Of a stretch of 64,000 nt of DNA, positions 19,830-29,555 are shown piece after piece. The stretch lies in NCBI GenBank assembly GCA_905478765.1, contig CAJQJY010000012.1, positions 66,540-130,539 of the forward strand, written 5' to 3'. This DNA comes from an uncultured Flavobacteriales bacterium. GTDB lineage: Bacteria; Bacteroidota; Bacteroidia; Flavobacteriales; BACL11. A program made the translations under genes and the position numbers. Each line of letters starts with the position of its first letter. Within the stretch, counting starts at the first letter, position 1. The notes under the pieces are model-generated. The model saw nothing but the letters and a program-made list of their open reading frames with translations. It did not search any database and was not told the DNA's origin.

Positions 19830-19852
19830 TTATTTATATAAATTCTATATAA
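19830..19852. promoter_or_regulatory. Putative Fur/PerR-like 11-1-11 operator upstream of cox
   Basis: TTATTTATATA-A-ATTCTATATAA; 18/22 hand-counted matches to the symmetric TTATTTAGAAT-N-ATTCTAAATAA. Confidence 0.4.
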
Positions 19853-20294
19853 TATGAGAGGACATGTCATCCTCATTCCACTCAGCAAAACTAGTTGCAG
19901 TTTCTGATAAAACTACTTTTACTAAACTCACACCTTGAGGTAATTGTGCTTTAATATAGTTAGCAAAATTAAGAACTAAATTCTCTGATGTTGGTTGATA
20001 ATCCAAATGATAAACTTTATCAAAAGCTTCTAAATTAATATCAGCATGCGGGGAGTTGGCATTAAGCACCAAAGCATGATCAAACTTATCCACTATATTA
20101 GGTTTTACAACCTTTTTTAATTCACCAAAATCCATTACCATGCCATTTTTAGGATGTCCGAGCTCCTCCTTTACCCTTCCTTTTACGGTTACCCAAAGCC
20201 TATAAGAATGCCCGTGTATGTTTGCGCAAAGCCCATCATATCCATGCAATGCATGTGCCATTTCAAACTTAAATTCTTTAGTTATTCTTATCAT
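19845..20294 (-). CDS. queD: 6-carboxytetrahydropterin synthase (QueD/PTPS)
   Basis: FEMAHAL, CANIHGHSY, MVMDFG, DHAL, PTSEN, ETATS. Confidence 0.92.
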   Translation of the reverse strand: MIRITKEFKFEMAHALHGYDGLCANIHGHSYRLWVTVKGRVKEELGHPKNGMVMDFGELKKVVKPNIVDKFDHALVLNANSPHADINLEAFDKVYHLDYQPTSENLVLNFANYIKAQLPQGVSLVKVVLSETATSFAEWNEDDMSSHII

Positions 20295-21339
20295 CTTTAT
20301 TTAAATTTAGGTTAACTCTTTTATGACTGTAATACATCTTCTTTTGATCCGTTTGTTTTCTCAATGCCTTTTGTTCCATTATTGGTAAATTAATAATTTC
20401 AATACACTCTATTGAGCAGCAATTCTCATACTTATTTTTACAATTATCACATTGCAAAAACAATAAATTACAATTTACATTCTTGCAATTTACATGAATA
20501 TCATATGGCTCTCCACATTGATGGCAATTACTAATTACATGAGCCGATATACGCTCGCCTCTCCTTTCATCAAATACAAAATTCTTACCTTCATAGTTAT
20601 TTGCCAAACTATCATCTTGTTCTAATTGCCGAGCATAATCAATTATACCTCCATGCAACTGAAAAACATTTTTAAACCCATGATGTTTTAAATATGCTGA
20701 TGTTTTCTCACATCTTATCCCCCCCGTACAATAAAGTAAAATTTCATCTTCTTCCTGTCCTTTTAGCATTTTTTTTACTTCAGGTAATTCTTCTTTAAAA
20801 GTTTCAACATCAGGGCAGATAGCTCCTTTAAACTTTCCTATCTCACTTTCATAATGATTACGCATGTCAACTACTGTAGCTCCACTTTCTAATGCGTTAT
20901 TCCATTTTTCAGCATCTAAATGAACCCCTACATCAGTTACGTCATATTCATCAATTGGCAAGCCATCAGCAACAATCTGATGCCGCACTTTAATTGTCAG
21001 TTTATAAAATGATTTTCCATCATCCTCAACTGCAATTTTAAAGGGCATGGCTGTAAAATATTTATGAGCATGTACTAACTTAACAAATGCCTCCCAATTG
21101 TGCTCAGGAACACTTAATTGAGCATTTACTCCTTCATGCGCTAAGTAAATGCGTCCTAAAACTCCCAATTCATTCCACGCTAAATATAGTTCATCACGTA
21201 AGTCAAAAGGAGCGTCGATTATCACATACCTATAAAAAGAAACAGTTTTCCTATTGAAACCCTCCTTTGCTAATAAAGCTAAACCTTGATCCTTATTTAG
21301 TTTATTAAACATTCCTTTTTTGCCAGTGTTCGGATCCAT
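20278..21339 (-). CDS. trhO: Rhodanese-domain tRNA U34 hydroxylase (TrhO/YceA family)
   Basis: GRIYLAHEGVNAQ, DMRNHYESEIGKF, YCTGGIRCEK, LHGGII, FVFDER, C-terminal Cys cluster. Alternative start at 21312. Promoter TATCTTTG at 21364-21371. Confidence 0.92.
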   Translation of the reverse strand: MDPNTGKKGMFNKLNKDQGLALLAKEGFNRKTVSFYRYVIIDAPFDLRDELYLAWNELGVLGRIYLAHEGVNAQLSVPEHNWEAFVKLVHAHKYFTAMPFKIAVEDDGKSFYKLTIKVRHQIVADGLPIDEYDVTDVGVHLDAEKWNNALESGATVVDMRNHYESEIGKFKGAICPDVETFKEELPEVKKMLKGQEEDEILLYCTGGIRCEKTSAYLKHHGFKNVFQLHGGIIDYARQLEQDDSLANNYEGKNFVFDERRGERISAHVISNCHQCGEPYDIHVNCKNVNCNLLFLQCDNCKNKYENCCSIECIEIINLPIMEQKALRKQTDQKKMYYSHKRVNLNLNKDDKNN

Positions 21340-21452
21340 AATATTCTGATTCGTAATTTAGGGCAAAGATATAAAATCTTAAAATTTTATTGCAAATTAA
21401 TTTTCCTATTAAAGTATTAGATAATATTATATTTGTCAAAATATTTAAACGC

Positions 21453-22412
21453 ATGCAAGAAGTAATTTTAATTATAGGTTCATCAGGTCAAATTGGCACA
21501 GAGTTAGTAATTGAGCTGAGAAAAATTTACGGTAACGAAAATGTTATTGCATCAGATATCCGCCAATCATGTGATGAGGTAATGAATTCCGGACCTTTTG
21601 AGAATTTGGATATTATGGATGAAAAACTACTTCGTAACATTGTTGCAAAATATAAAGTTACCCAAGTTTATTTATTAGCCGCACTACTATCTGCAACTGC
21701 TGAGCAAAACATTGAATTGGGTTGGGAATTGAATATGCGTTCTCATTCTCATGTATTAGATTTAGCAAAAGACGGACTGGTTAAAAAGATTTTTTGGCCT
21801 TCATCTATTGCAGTATTTGGTTCTACAACTCCAATGGAGAATACTCCACAATACACGGTAATGGAACCTAGTACTGTTTACGGCATTACAAAGCAAGCTG
21901 GAGAAAGATGGAATGAATATTATTTTAATAAGTTTGGAGTAGATGTAAGATCTATCCGTTATCCAGGGTTGATTGGCTGGAAAGCAGCGCCAGGAGGAGG
22001 AACAACTGATTATGCTGTGGATATTTTTCATAAAGCAATAACTGACGGTAAATATGAATGTTTTTTAGCTGAAAATATTGGCTTACCAATGATGTATATG
22101 CCAGATGCAATTCGAGCTACAATTGAATTAATGGAAGCTCCTGCTGAACAAGTAAAAATCCGTTCCTCATATAATTTGGCAGGTGTAAGTTTTACACCAA
22201 AAACATTATCAGAGGAAATTTCAAAACACATACCAAATTTTAAAATGAGGTACCAGCCTGATTTCAGACAAGAAATTGCTAGCTCATGGCCATCATCAAT
22301 AGATGATACGCATGCGCAAAATGATTGGGGTTGGAAACTGAAATATACACTAGAAAAAATGACTTTAGATATGTTGAGAAATCTGAAAGAGAAATATAAA
22401 AAAATTGCATAA
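21453..22412 (+). CDS. NAD-dependent L-threonine 3-dehydrogenase (extended SDR/epimerase fold)
   Basis: [46 protein letters not shown]. Promoter TATATTTG at 21428-21435 favours the 21453 start. Confidence 0.88.
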   Translation: MQEVILIIGSSGQIGTELVIELRKIYGNENVIASDIRQSCDEVMNSGPFENLDIMDEKLLRNIVAKYKVTQVYLLAALLSATAEQNIELGWELNMRSHSHVLDLAKDGLVKKIFWPSSIAVFGSTTPMENTPQYTVMEPSTVYGITKQAGERWNEYYFNKFGVDVRSIRYPGLIGWKAAPGGGTTDYAVDIFHKAITDGKYECFLAENIGLPMMYMPDAIRATIELMEAPAEQVKIRSSYNLAGVSFTPKTLSEEISKHIPNFKMRYQPDFRQEIASSWPSSIDDTHAQNDWGWKLKYTLEKMTLDMLRNLKEKYKKIA

Positions 22413-23878
22413 TGAGCAGAAAAATACAGATATACAATACGCTTACAAGAAAGAAAGAAATTTTTAATCCTATATTGGAAAATCATGTAGGAATGTATGT
22501 TTGTGGACCTACTGTTTATGGGGATCCTCACTTAGGTCATGCACGCCCTGCAATTACTTTTGATGTAGTTTTTAGGTACTTAAAACACTCTGGTTATAAA
22601 GTGAGATATGTTAGGAATATAACAGATGCAGGACACCTTGAAAATGATGCAGATGAAGGAGAAGATAAAATTGCTAAAAAAGCAAGATTAGAACAATTGG
22701 AACCTATGGAAATTGTTCAATTCTACACGATTAGTTATCATAAAGCAATGGATGCTTTAAATTGTTTGCCTCCTTCAATTGAACCGAGAGCAACTGGACA
22801 TATTATTGAGCAGATTGAAATGGTGCAAAAAATCCTAAAAAATGGATTTGCTTATGAGGTAAATAGTTCTGTTTATTTGGATGTAAAGAAATACAATGCA
22901 TCTTACCCTTACGGAACTCTGTCAGGAAGAAATATAGAGGATACTTTAGAGGGAACTCGTGCTTTGGACGGGCAATCAGAAAAGAAAAGTTCGGTTGATT
23001 TTGCAATTTGGAAAAAAGCAAATCCTGAGCATATTATGAGGTGGGATTCTCCTTGGGGTGAAGGGTTCCCTGGTTGGCATATGGAGTGCTCTGCAATGAG
23101 TGAAAAATATTTAGGGAAAAATTTTGATATTCATGGAGGTGGAATGGACTTGGTTTTCCCTCATCATGAAGCAGAAATCGCACAATCTAACGCTTGTAAT
23201 AATTGTAATCCTGTAAACTACTGGATGCACAATAATATGATTACAATTGATGGGAAAAAGATGGGTAAGTCTCTTGGAAACTTCATCAACTTAGAGGAGT
23301 TTTTTATTGGAAATCATGCAAAATTAGATAGAGCTTATAGCCCAATGACAATTCGTTTTTTCATACTTCAAGCGCAATACAGAAGCACTATTGATTTTGG
23401 CAATGAAGCCTTGCAAGCTGCCGAAAAAGGGTTTACAAAACTGATGAATGCAATGGGTACTTTAGAAAATCTAAAGCATTCTGACCACTCAACTTATGAT
23501 ATAAACGAGCTAGAAAAGAATTGTTACGATGCAATGGATGATGATTTTAATACTCCTATTTTAATTGCACATTTATTTGATGGAGTAAGAATTATTAACT
23601 CAGTAAAAGATGGTAAAGAAAGTTTAACTGCTTCCGATTTGTCAAAAATGCAAAAACTGTTTTCTGATTTTGTTACTGATATTTTAGGACTTATTTCTGC
23701 AAAAGAAAGTGGAGAGAATGACCTTACTGATGAAGTGATGGAATTAGTTTTAAAACTTAGAGGAAATGCAAAAAAAAACAAAGATTTTAGCACTGCCGAT
23801 TTGATTCGTGATGAATTGGAAAAAGCTGGAATTCAGATAAAAGATAGCAGAGAAGGAAGTAGTTGGGAGATAAAATAA
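22412..23878 (+). CDS. cysS: Cysteine--tRNA ligase
   Basis: CGPTVY, HLGH (HIGH), [22 protein letters not shown] (KMSKS). Confidence 0.99.
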   Translation: MSRKIQIYNTLTRKKEIFNPILENHVGMYVCGPTVYGDPHLGHARPAITFDVVFRYLKHSGYKVRYVRNITDAGHLENDADEGEDKIAKKARLEQLEPMEIVQFYTISYHKAMDALNCLPPSIEPRATGHIIEQIEMVQKILKNGFAYEVNSSVYLDVKKYNASYPYGTLSGRNIEDTLEGTRALDGQSEKKSSVDFAIWKKANPEHIMRWDSPWGEGFPGWHMECSAMSEKYLGKNFDIHGGGMDLVFPHHEAEIAQSNACNNCNPVNYWMHNNMITIDGKKMGKSLGNFINLEEFFIGNHAKLDRAYSPMTIRFFILQAQYRSTIDFGNEALQAAEKGFTKLMNAMGTLENLKHSDHSTYDINELEKNCYDAMDDDFNTPILIAHLFDGVRIINSVKDGKESLTASDLSKMQKLFSDFVTDILGLISAKESGENDLTDEVMELVLKLRGNAKKNKDFSTADLIRDELEKAGIQIKDSREGSSWEIK

Positions 23879-24910
23879 ATGATAGATATTAGACATATGA
23901 TATTAGAAAATACCTCATTACTAAAAAGAGGGGTTGGGGGTGTGTTGCTTTTAGCAATGCTTATTCTTTCTTCTTGCTCAACTGAGCCTCAACAAAAAAC
24001 AAAAACTACTCCAAAAAAACCAAAAGTAAAAATTGAAGTCCCAACTTTTAATGCAGATTCTGCTTATTATTTTATAGAAAAACAAGTAAGTTTTGGTCCG
24101 AGAGTAATTTCTAGTAAAGGCTGGAAAAACTGTGCTATTTGGTTAGAAAAAAAATTCAAAACTTATACTCCAAATGTAATTGTACAAGAAGCCCCAATCA
24201 GAACTTATGATGGTAAAAATCATGTGCTAAAAAATATTATTGCAAGTTTCTCCTTAGAGAAAAATAATAGAGTTGCTCTATTTGCCCATTGGGACAGTAG
24301 ACACATTGCCGACCATGATACTGAAAACCAAAGCAGCCCAATACTTGGAGCAAATGATGGAGGAAGTGGTGTTGGAGTTTTAATAGAACTAGCAAGACAA
24401 TTCAGTAAAAAAAATCCTAAAATAGGAGTTGATATTATACTTTTTGATGCTGAAGATTATGGTCAGCCTGAAAATTCCAACTACCCATTAATGCAAGATT
24501 CTTGGTGCTTAGGTTCACAGTATTGGAGCAAGAACCCTCATAAAGCGAATTACTTTGCTAGATATGGTATTTTGCTAGATATGGTAGGGGCAAAGGATGC
24601 CACTTTTAGGCATGAGCAAATCTCCTTTTATTATGCTTCAAGTATCTTACAAAAGGTATGGCGTAAAGCCAATCGATTGGGTTTTGGAAAGTATTTTGTA
24701 TTTGAAAATGCTCAACAAATAGTTGATGACCATTTGTATGTAAACCAAATTACTGGAATTCCTACTATTGATATTATTGAGTATGATCCAGCCACTGAAA
24801 GTAATTTCAACAAGCATTGGCACACTCACAGAGATGATATGAAGAATATCGATAAAGAAACTCTTAATGCTGTTGGGCAAACTATTTTGGATGTTATTTA
24901 TCATGAGTAA
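23879..24910 (+). CDS. M28-family lipoprotein, probable glutaminyl cyclase
   Basis: Lipobox LILSSC; AHWDSR, GANDGGSGVG, DAEDYG, LLDMVG, DDH, WHT. Start codon uncertain. Confidence 0.8.
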   Translation: MIDIRHMILENTSLLKRGVGGVLLLAMLILSSCSTEPQQKTKTTPKKPKVKIEVPTFNADSAYYFIEKQVSFGPRVISSKGWKNCAIWLEKKFKTYTPNVIVQEAPIRTYDGKNHVLKNIIASFSLEKNNRVALFAHWDSRHIADHDTENQSSPILGANDGGSGVGVLIELARQFSKKNPKIGVDIILFDAEDYGQPENSNYPLMQDSWCLGSQYWSKNPHKANYFARYGILLDMVGAKDATFRHEQISFYYASSILQKVWRKANRLGFGKYFVFENAQQIVDDHLYVNQITGIPTIDIIEYDPATESNFNKHWHTHRDDMKNIDKETLNAVGQTILDVIYHE

Positions 24911-25406
24911 ACTAAAAAATACCCTCATTCTTTTAACTTTAATTTTCTTATTCTCTTGTGGTAAAAATAAAATCAAGCGCTATGAGCAAAATTTAGAAAC
25001 TCTTAAACTACTAGTTGATAATATCAATAATTATTATGAAAGTAGCGATAGTTCAGCTTTAGATATTAGCCAATATTTTACATCAGATTTTACTTTCTTT
25101 TCTTTTACTGCTGGTTCTCCAAAAGGAGTTCCTGCATCTTTTACAGAATATCAAGATGGAATACTTTCACAATTAAAAAAAAATGGTTTTTCCATAAAAA
25201 TTGGACATTCTATTTATTTGCCAGGTATTGATGAGAATACTTATGAAATTGATGGTAGTGTAAGGGTTTATTCTAAAGCAACTATAAGTAGAGAAAATAC
25301 AGTTGAACTCTCGGCTTATCGTACAGTTAATTTCAAAAATGGAAAAATTTCAGGGATTTGGGAGTGGGCAGATTATGGAGGGGCAATCAAGCAGATTTAT
25401 GAGTAG
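24903..25406 (+). CDS. Hypothetical lipoprotein, possible NTF2/SnoaL-like fold
   Basis: Lipobox FLFSC; LPGIDE..DGSVRVY; terminal GKI..IWEWAD strand pattern. Fold call is pattern-based only. Confidence 0.55.
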   Translation: MSKLKNTLILLTLIFLFSCGKNKIKRYEQNLETLKLLVDNINNYYESSDSSALDISQYFTSDFTFFSFTAGSPKGVPASFTEYQDGILSQLKKNGFSIKIGHSIYLPGIDENTYEIDGSVRVYSKATISRENTVELSAYRTVNFKNGKISGIWEWADYGGAIKQIYE

Positions 25407-25435
25407 TATTAAATAATAATCTATAATTTTTCAAC

Positions 25436-25834
25436 ATGAAAAAACTACTACTCGTTTTTATTACACTAACAACACTTACTAATGTGAGCTATTCTTCTTT
25501 TCCAATTACGGAAAATAATACTGTATTAACTGATCAAAATCTTTTTATTTTAGTGCCGAATGATGAGGAACAAGAAGAGCCTTCATGGATGGTATTCATC
25601 TACATACTTAATGCTATTATTTTGATTATTGGTTTTTACTTTCTACTCAGAACCATATGGCGTGCATGGGGAAAAAGAAAATGGTGGGTAAGGAAACTAT
25701 TACCTTTGTTATTATTGATTTCATTACCAACATTTCTGTCTGCACTTGGAATCTTAATTTCAATACCATTATTACTATTATTAGGACTGATAATGCTTAT
25801 AAGGAAATTGATGGGGAAAACTATTCTCTGGTAG
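25436..25834 (+). CDS. Hypothetical exported membrane protein
   Basis: Signal peptide (SYSSFP), acidic linker, then 2-3 Leu/Ile-rich transmembrane helices around a basic Trp-rich loop. Confidence 0.7.
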   Translation: MKKLLLVFITLTTLTNVSYSSFPITENNTVLTDQNLFILVPNDEEQEEPSWMVFIYILNAIILIIGFYFLLRTIWRAWGKRKWWVRKLLPLLLLISLPTFLSALGILISIPLLLLLGLIMLIRKLMGKTILW

Positions 25835-26047
25835 TATTTAAATAAAGTCGTTCTACTTTTTTTTTGCCCACTCAGTTCTTCTTAAAAACTTTAGGCTTGA
25901 TTTGATAGATGGATTAGAGTTGAAGCAATTAATTCTTATCTCCTTTCCTAGTTCTTCCCATCCATATTCTGCTACCAGAAATTCAAGGATATCAACTAAT
26001 CTTTTTGCATGCAAAGGGTTGTTTGGTAGTTGTTCTCTACTCCCCAC
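25821..26047 (-). CDS. VF530/DUF2132 family small protein, interrupted by a -1 frameshift in an A9 tract
   Basis: [45 protein letters not shown]. Frame 0 stops at 25853-25855; the -1 frame continues [12 protein letters not shown] to a stop at 25821. GTG start at 26047 assumed. Confidence 0.8.
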
Positions 26048-26468
26048 AGCCTTGTATGTATAGTATCTCAAAGTCCGAAACTATTAAGACAGTTTGTTTT
26101 TCTATTAATTCTTTTTTTAGATGGCCGATCATTTTGCACTCCATTGGAAAATATTCCATTTCACACACTGCAAAGTAAAGCTCAACTAATTCTTCCATAT
26201 TCTCATTTGGGAATTCCATATCATACTCTTCAAGAGTTTTTTCATCTTTAAAAATATGTTGCCCCTCACCATACACCCACCAACCTATGTGTTCTTTTTG
26301 CTCTGTGTTTTCAACTACAATTTTCATGCCACTTTTCTGCTTTTTATCAGAAGAAACATCCACCTTCATTTGTATAGTGCAAGATGGAAGTATGAAAATA
26401 AACATCAGTAACGCACCCCCTATTTTTAGAAAAGCGTATCTTTTTTTATTAAAATTATTATTTTTCAT
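26037..26468 (-). CDS. Hypothetical lipoprotein
   Basis: Basic N-terminus, hydrophobic core, lipobox ILPSC; [15 protein letters not shown] motif; no recognised family. Confidence 0.7.
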   Translation of the reverse strand: MKNNNFNKKRYAFLKIGGALLMFIFILPSCTIQMKVDVSSDKKQKSGMKIVVENTEQKEHIGWWVYGEGQHIFKDEKTLEEYDMEFPNENMEELVELYFAVCEMEYFPMECKMIGHLKKELIEKQTVLIVSDFEILYIQGCGE

Positions 26469-26503
26469 GTTTTACACTAATAACTATAAACTAGCAACTA
26501 TCT

Positions 26504-27073
26504 TTATTTATAAAAATTCATTTCATCTGTATATTTCCAAGCTTTCTCCGGCATTAAATACGATACATCCTTTCTGTCTTTTATAGAATTTCTAATAAAA
26601 GAAGCTGAAATTTCCATTTGAGGAACACCATTTACAATATTTATGTTTTTATGAGAACCATTAATTTCAAAACCTGGCCTTGGATACACATAAATTGAGT
26701 AATCCTCCAAAATTTGCTCATAATTTTTCCACTTATGAAAGTTTTGTAAGTTATCAGCCCCTATAATTATAGCATACTCATTTTCAGGATGATTTTCCTT
26801 TAATCTAACTAAAGTATCAATAGTGTATGAAGGTGTTGGCATCTTAAATTCAATATCGGTAACATCAAGTTTATTGTTATCATCCACCTCATTCCTAATA
26901 ATCTGTAGTCTGTGATTTTGGTCCAGTAAACTCTTTTTTTCTTTAAAGGGATTTTGAGGAGAAACCACAAACATTACCTTTTCTAAATCTGAAAATTCTG
27001 CCAAATAAGAAGCGATAACTTTATGCCCCACATGCATGGGATTGAAGCTTCCAAAAAACAGACCAATCTTCAT
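26504..27073 (-). CDS. nadD: Nicotinate-nucleotide adenylyltransferase
   Basis: GSFNPMHVGH, SPQNPFK, SYTIDTL, IGADN, ISAS.IR. Confidence 0.97.
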   Translation of the reverse strand: MKIGLFFGSFNPMHVGHKVIASYLAEFSDLEKVMFVVSPQNPFKEKKSLLDQNHRLQIIRNEVDDNNKLDVTDIEFKMPTPSYTIDTLVRLKENHPENEYAIIIGADNLQNFHKWKNYEQILEDYSIYVYPRPGFEINGSHKNINIVNGVPQMEISASFIRNSIKDRKDVSYLMPEKAWKYTDEMNFYK

Positions 27074-27074
27074 T

Positions 27075-27638
27075 TTATGAGTTTATAAAATTAGTAATTA
27101 CTTTAATAGTATCTTCACAAGCTATCCCAAAATCATCATTCAAAATTACCATATCAAACTCCTGGTTTTTTGAAATTTCCTGCTCTGCCTTTGCTAAACG
27201 CATCTCTACTTTTGTTTCTGATTCTGATCCTCTGCCACTCAATCTTTTCCTTAACACATCAACCGTTGGAGGCATAATGAAAAGTGATAAACATTCTTTA
27301 GGATATTGCTTTTTTATATTCAATCCCCCCATCACATCAACATCAAAAATTACAGTTTTTCCTTCACTCAAAATTCTTTCAATCTCTGATTTTAAAGTTC
27401 CATAATACTGATTTTCGTAAACCTCTTCCCATTCTAAGAACGCACCTTCTTTTATCTTATTTTTAAAATCCTCAACACCTAAAAAATAATAATCTTTTCC
27501 ATGTGTTTCATAATCTCTTTTTTCACGGCTACAAGCAGAAACTGAGAAAGAAAGTCCAGATATATTTTTAAGTAAATGATGAACAATACTAGTTTTTCCT
27601 GCTCCTGATGGAGCTGATATAACAATAAGTTTTCCCAC
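27075..27638 (-). CDS. gmk: Guanylate kinase
   Basis: SAPSGAGKTS, SACSRE.R..E.HGKDYYF, EWEEVY...YGT. Confidence 0.98.
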   Translation of the reverse strand: MGKLIVISAPSGAGKTSIVHHLLKNISGLSFSVSACSREKRDYETHGKDYYFLGVEDFKNKIKEGAFLEWEEVYENQYYGTLKSEIERILSEGKTVIFDVDVMGGLNIKKQYPKECLSLFIMPPTVDVLRKRLSGRGSESETKVEMRLAKAEQEISKNQEFDMVILNDDFGIACEDTIKVITNFINS

Positions 27639-28544
27639 TTACAATATATTTAATAATTGCTCCTTAATTTTCTCTAACTCATCTTTCATTTGAACCACAA
27701 TCTTTTGCATTTCTGCATCTGATGATTTTGATCCTATAGTATTTATCTCCCTACCTATTTCTTGCCCTATAAAACCAAGTTTCTTTCCATTAGGAGAGTC
27801 TGCTTTCATAGTTTCTAAAAAGTAACTCAAATGTGCATCTAACCTTACCTGCTCTTCCGTTATATCTTGTTTTTCTAAGTAATAGATAAGTTCTTGTTCA
27901 AACCTGTTTTCATCAATATTCTTTGTATCTATTTCTGCTAATTTATCTGCTAAGATTTTCTTTACCTTCTCAATTCTACCCTTTCCAAAAGGAAGAATTT
28001 CAGTTAATAATCTTGATAAAGTATTAATTCTAGTAGTAATATCTTCCTCTAATTTTTTACCTTCTTCAATTCGGAATTGCAAAATGTTTTCAATCGCAAT
28101 ATCAATCCCTTTTGCAATTTCATCCCACTCATTATCATTTGCTTTTTCCTCTCCTTTTATCAATGCCTCTGGCATTTTTAAAAGTGTTGGAAGTATATCA
28201 GATGATTTAGCTGAAAAAGAAGTCATTGTCCACATATTCCATTTCAATCCTAAATCCTTTTTTAATTGCAGAACCTGATTGTGGTAATCTTTAATTACTT
28301 CAGTATTTACTTTATAGTTTGTATTCGATTCTGATTTTTCTCTCCAAATAGAAAGTTCAATTTTCCCTCTTTGTAATTTTTCAGAAAGTAGTTTTCTTAG
28401 TCCAGTTTCTTTATCTCTGTAAACAGATGACATTTTTACATTGGCATCAATTTGTTTAGAATTAAGCGACCTTACTTCAATAGTAAAGTTAGCATTTGTT
28501 AAGTTTAATTCGGCTTTACCATAGCCCGTCATTGATTGAATCAT
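27639..28544 (-). CDS. yicC: YicC/YloC family endoribonuclease
   Basis: MIQSMTGYG, RGK, DITEE.VRL..HL, GKKLGFI.QEIGREINTIGSK. Confidence 0.95.
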   Translation of the reverse strand: MIQSMTGYGKAELNLTNANFTIEVRSLNSKQIDANVKMSSVYRDKETGLRKLLSEKLQRGKIELSIWREKSESNTNYKVNTEVIKDYHNQVLQLKKDLGLKWNMWTMTSFSAKSSDILPTLLKMPEALIKGEEKANDNEWDEIAKGIDIAIENILQFRIEEGKKLEEDITTRINTLSRLLTEILPFGKGRIEKVKKILADKLAEIDTKNIDENRFEQELIYYLEKQDITEEQVRLDAHLSYFLETMKADSPNGKKLGFIGQEIGREINTIGSKSSDAEMQKIVVQMKDELEKIKEQLLNIL

Positions 28545-28579
28545 CAGAAAATATTTTTTGCAAATTTATGAATTTTATC

Positions 28580-29470
28580 CTATCTTGTCTTTACAGAACG
28601 AACACTTACCAAATACACCCCAACAAAAATAATAACTGCTGCTATAATTTTCATTTCATCTAAGCTGTCAGAACCCCTAAATATAGCAAATAGTGTAGCC
28701 AATACCGGTTGCAAATAAATATAAATACTTACTGTGGAAGGGTTAAGTAATTTTAATGCTGATGAGTTTAATAAGTAAGCAATAACAGTAGTACACACCA
28801 CTACAAATAGCACCTCCCAAATAATTATTGTTGGAAAACTCACCCAATCAACATCCAGCAGTTCAGTATAACCAAAGGGCAATACATACAATAGTCCAAA
28901 ACCAAACACATAAAACATAACCGTTATCGGGTGGTATTTCTGCATCAATGGCTTTACCAATACCAAGTACAAACCATAACTTGCTGCATTAATAAAAACA
29001 AACATATTACCCAACATAAAATTAGTGTTACCACTTACACTCCCTCCATTTAGGATTAAAGTACTCGCGCCCACCAAGCCCAATGCTATTCCAATCCCTT
29101 TCCTGATATTGATTTTTTCAAACAGAATAAGTGCTGACATAATGATTACCAAAACAGGATTAATCGTCATAATAATAGCGGCATTAATTGGGGTAGTTAA
29201 ATTCAGTCCTTCAAAAAATAATAACTGATTAATGGCCACTCCAAAAACTCCACATATTGCCAAACGGATGACATCTTTCTTTTCTACTTTTTCATTCACA
29301 AATAAAAAATAGAAGAGCGAAAACAAAGTAACTGCCCCAGTAACCCTTAATAAAATAAAACCTGAAGGCTGGATAAAATCAGGCATTACATCTTTTGCAA
29401 AAGTGTAATTGATAGCATAAATTAAATTTGCTACAAACAAAGAAATATGGGCTAATACTATTTTATTCAA
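28580..29470 (-). CDS. EamA/DMT family transporter
   Basis: About 10 hydrophobic helices; two EamA repeats (GLNLTTPINAAII; NPSTVSIYIYLQPV). TTG start at 29470 chosen because TACTTTTG at 29486-29493 overlaps the track start. Confidence 0.9.
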   Translation of the reverse strand: MNKIVLAHISLFVANLIYAINYTFAKDVMPDFIQPSGFILLRVTGAVTLFSLFYFLFVNEKVEKKDVIRLAICGVFGVAINQLLFFEGLNLTTPINAAIIMTINPVLVIIMSALILFEKINIRKGIGIALGLVGASTLILNGGSVSGNTNFMLGNMFVFINAASYGLYLVLVKPLMQKYHPITVMFYVFGFGLLYVLPFGYTELLDVDWVSFPTIIIWEVLFVVVCTTVIAYLLNSSALKLLNPSTVSIYIYLQPVLATLFAIFRGSDSLDEMKIIAAVIIFVGVYLVSVRSVKTR

Positions 29471-29555
29471 TGGATTAATTTTTAGCAAAAGTAAAATTAA
29501 TTACTCCAACATTTAATACTTTTGCTGAAAGTAAATAATATCAAAAATTAGAATA

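Noticed and set aside
23770-23778. A9 tract in cysS
   Set aside because: Reading frame is intact; used only as a control for the VF530 tract.
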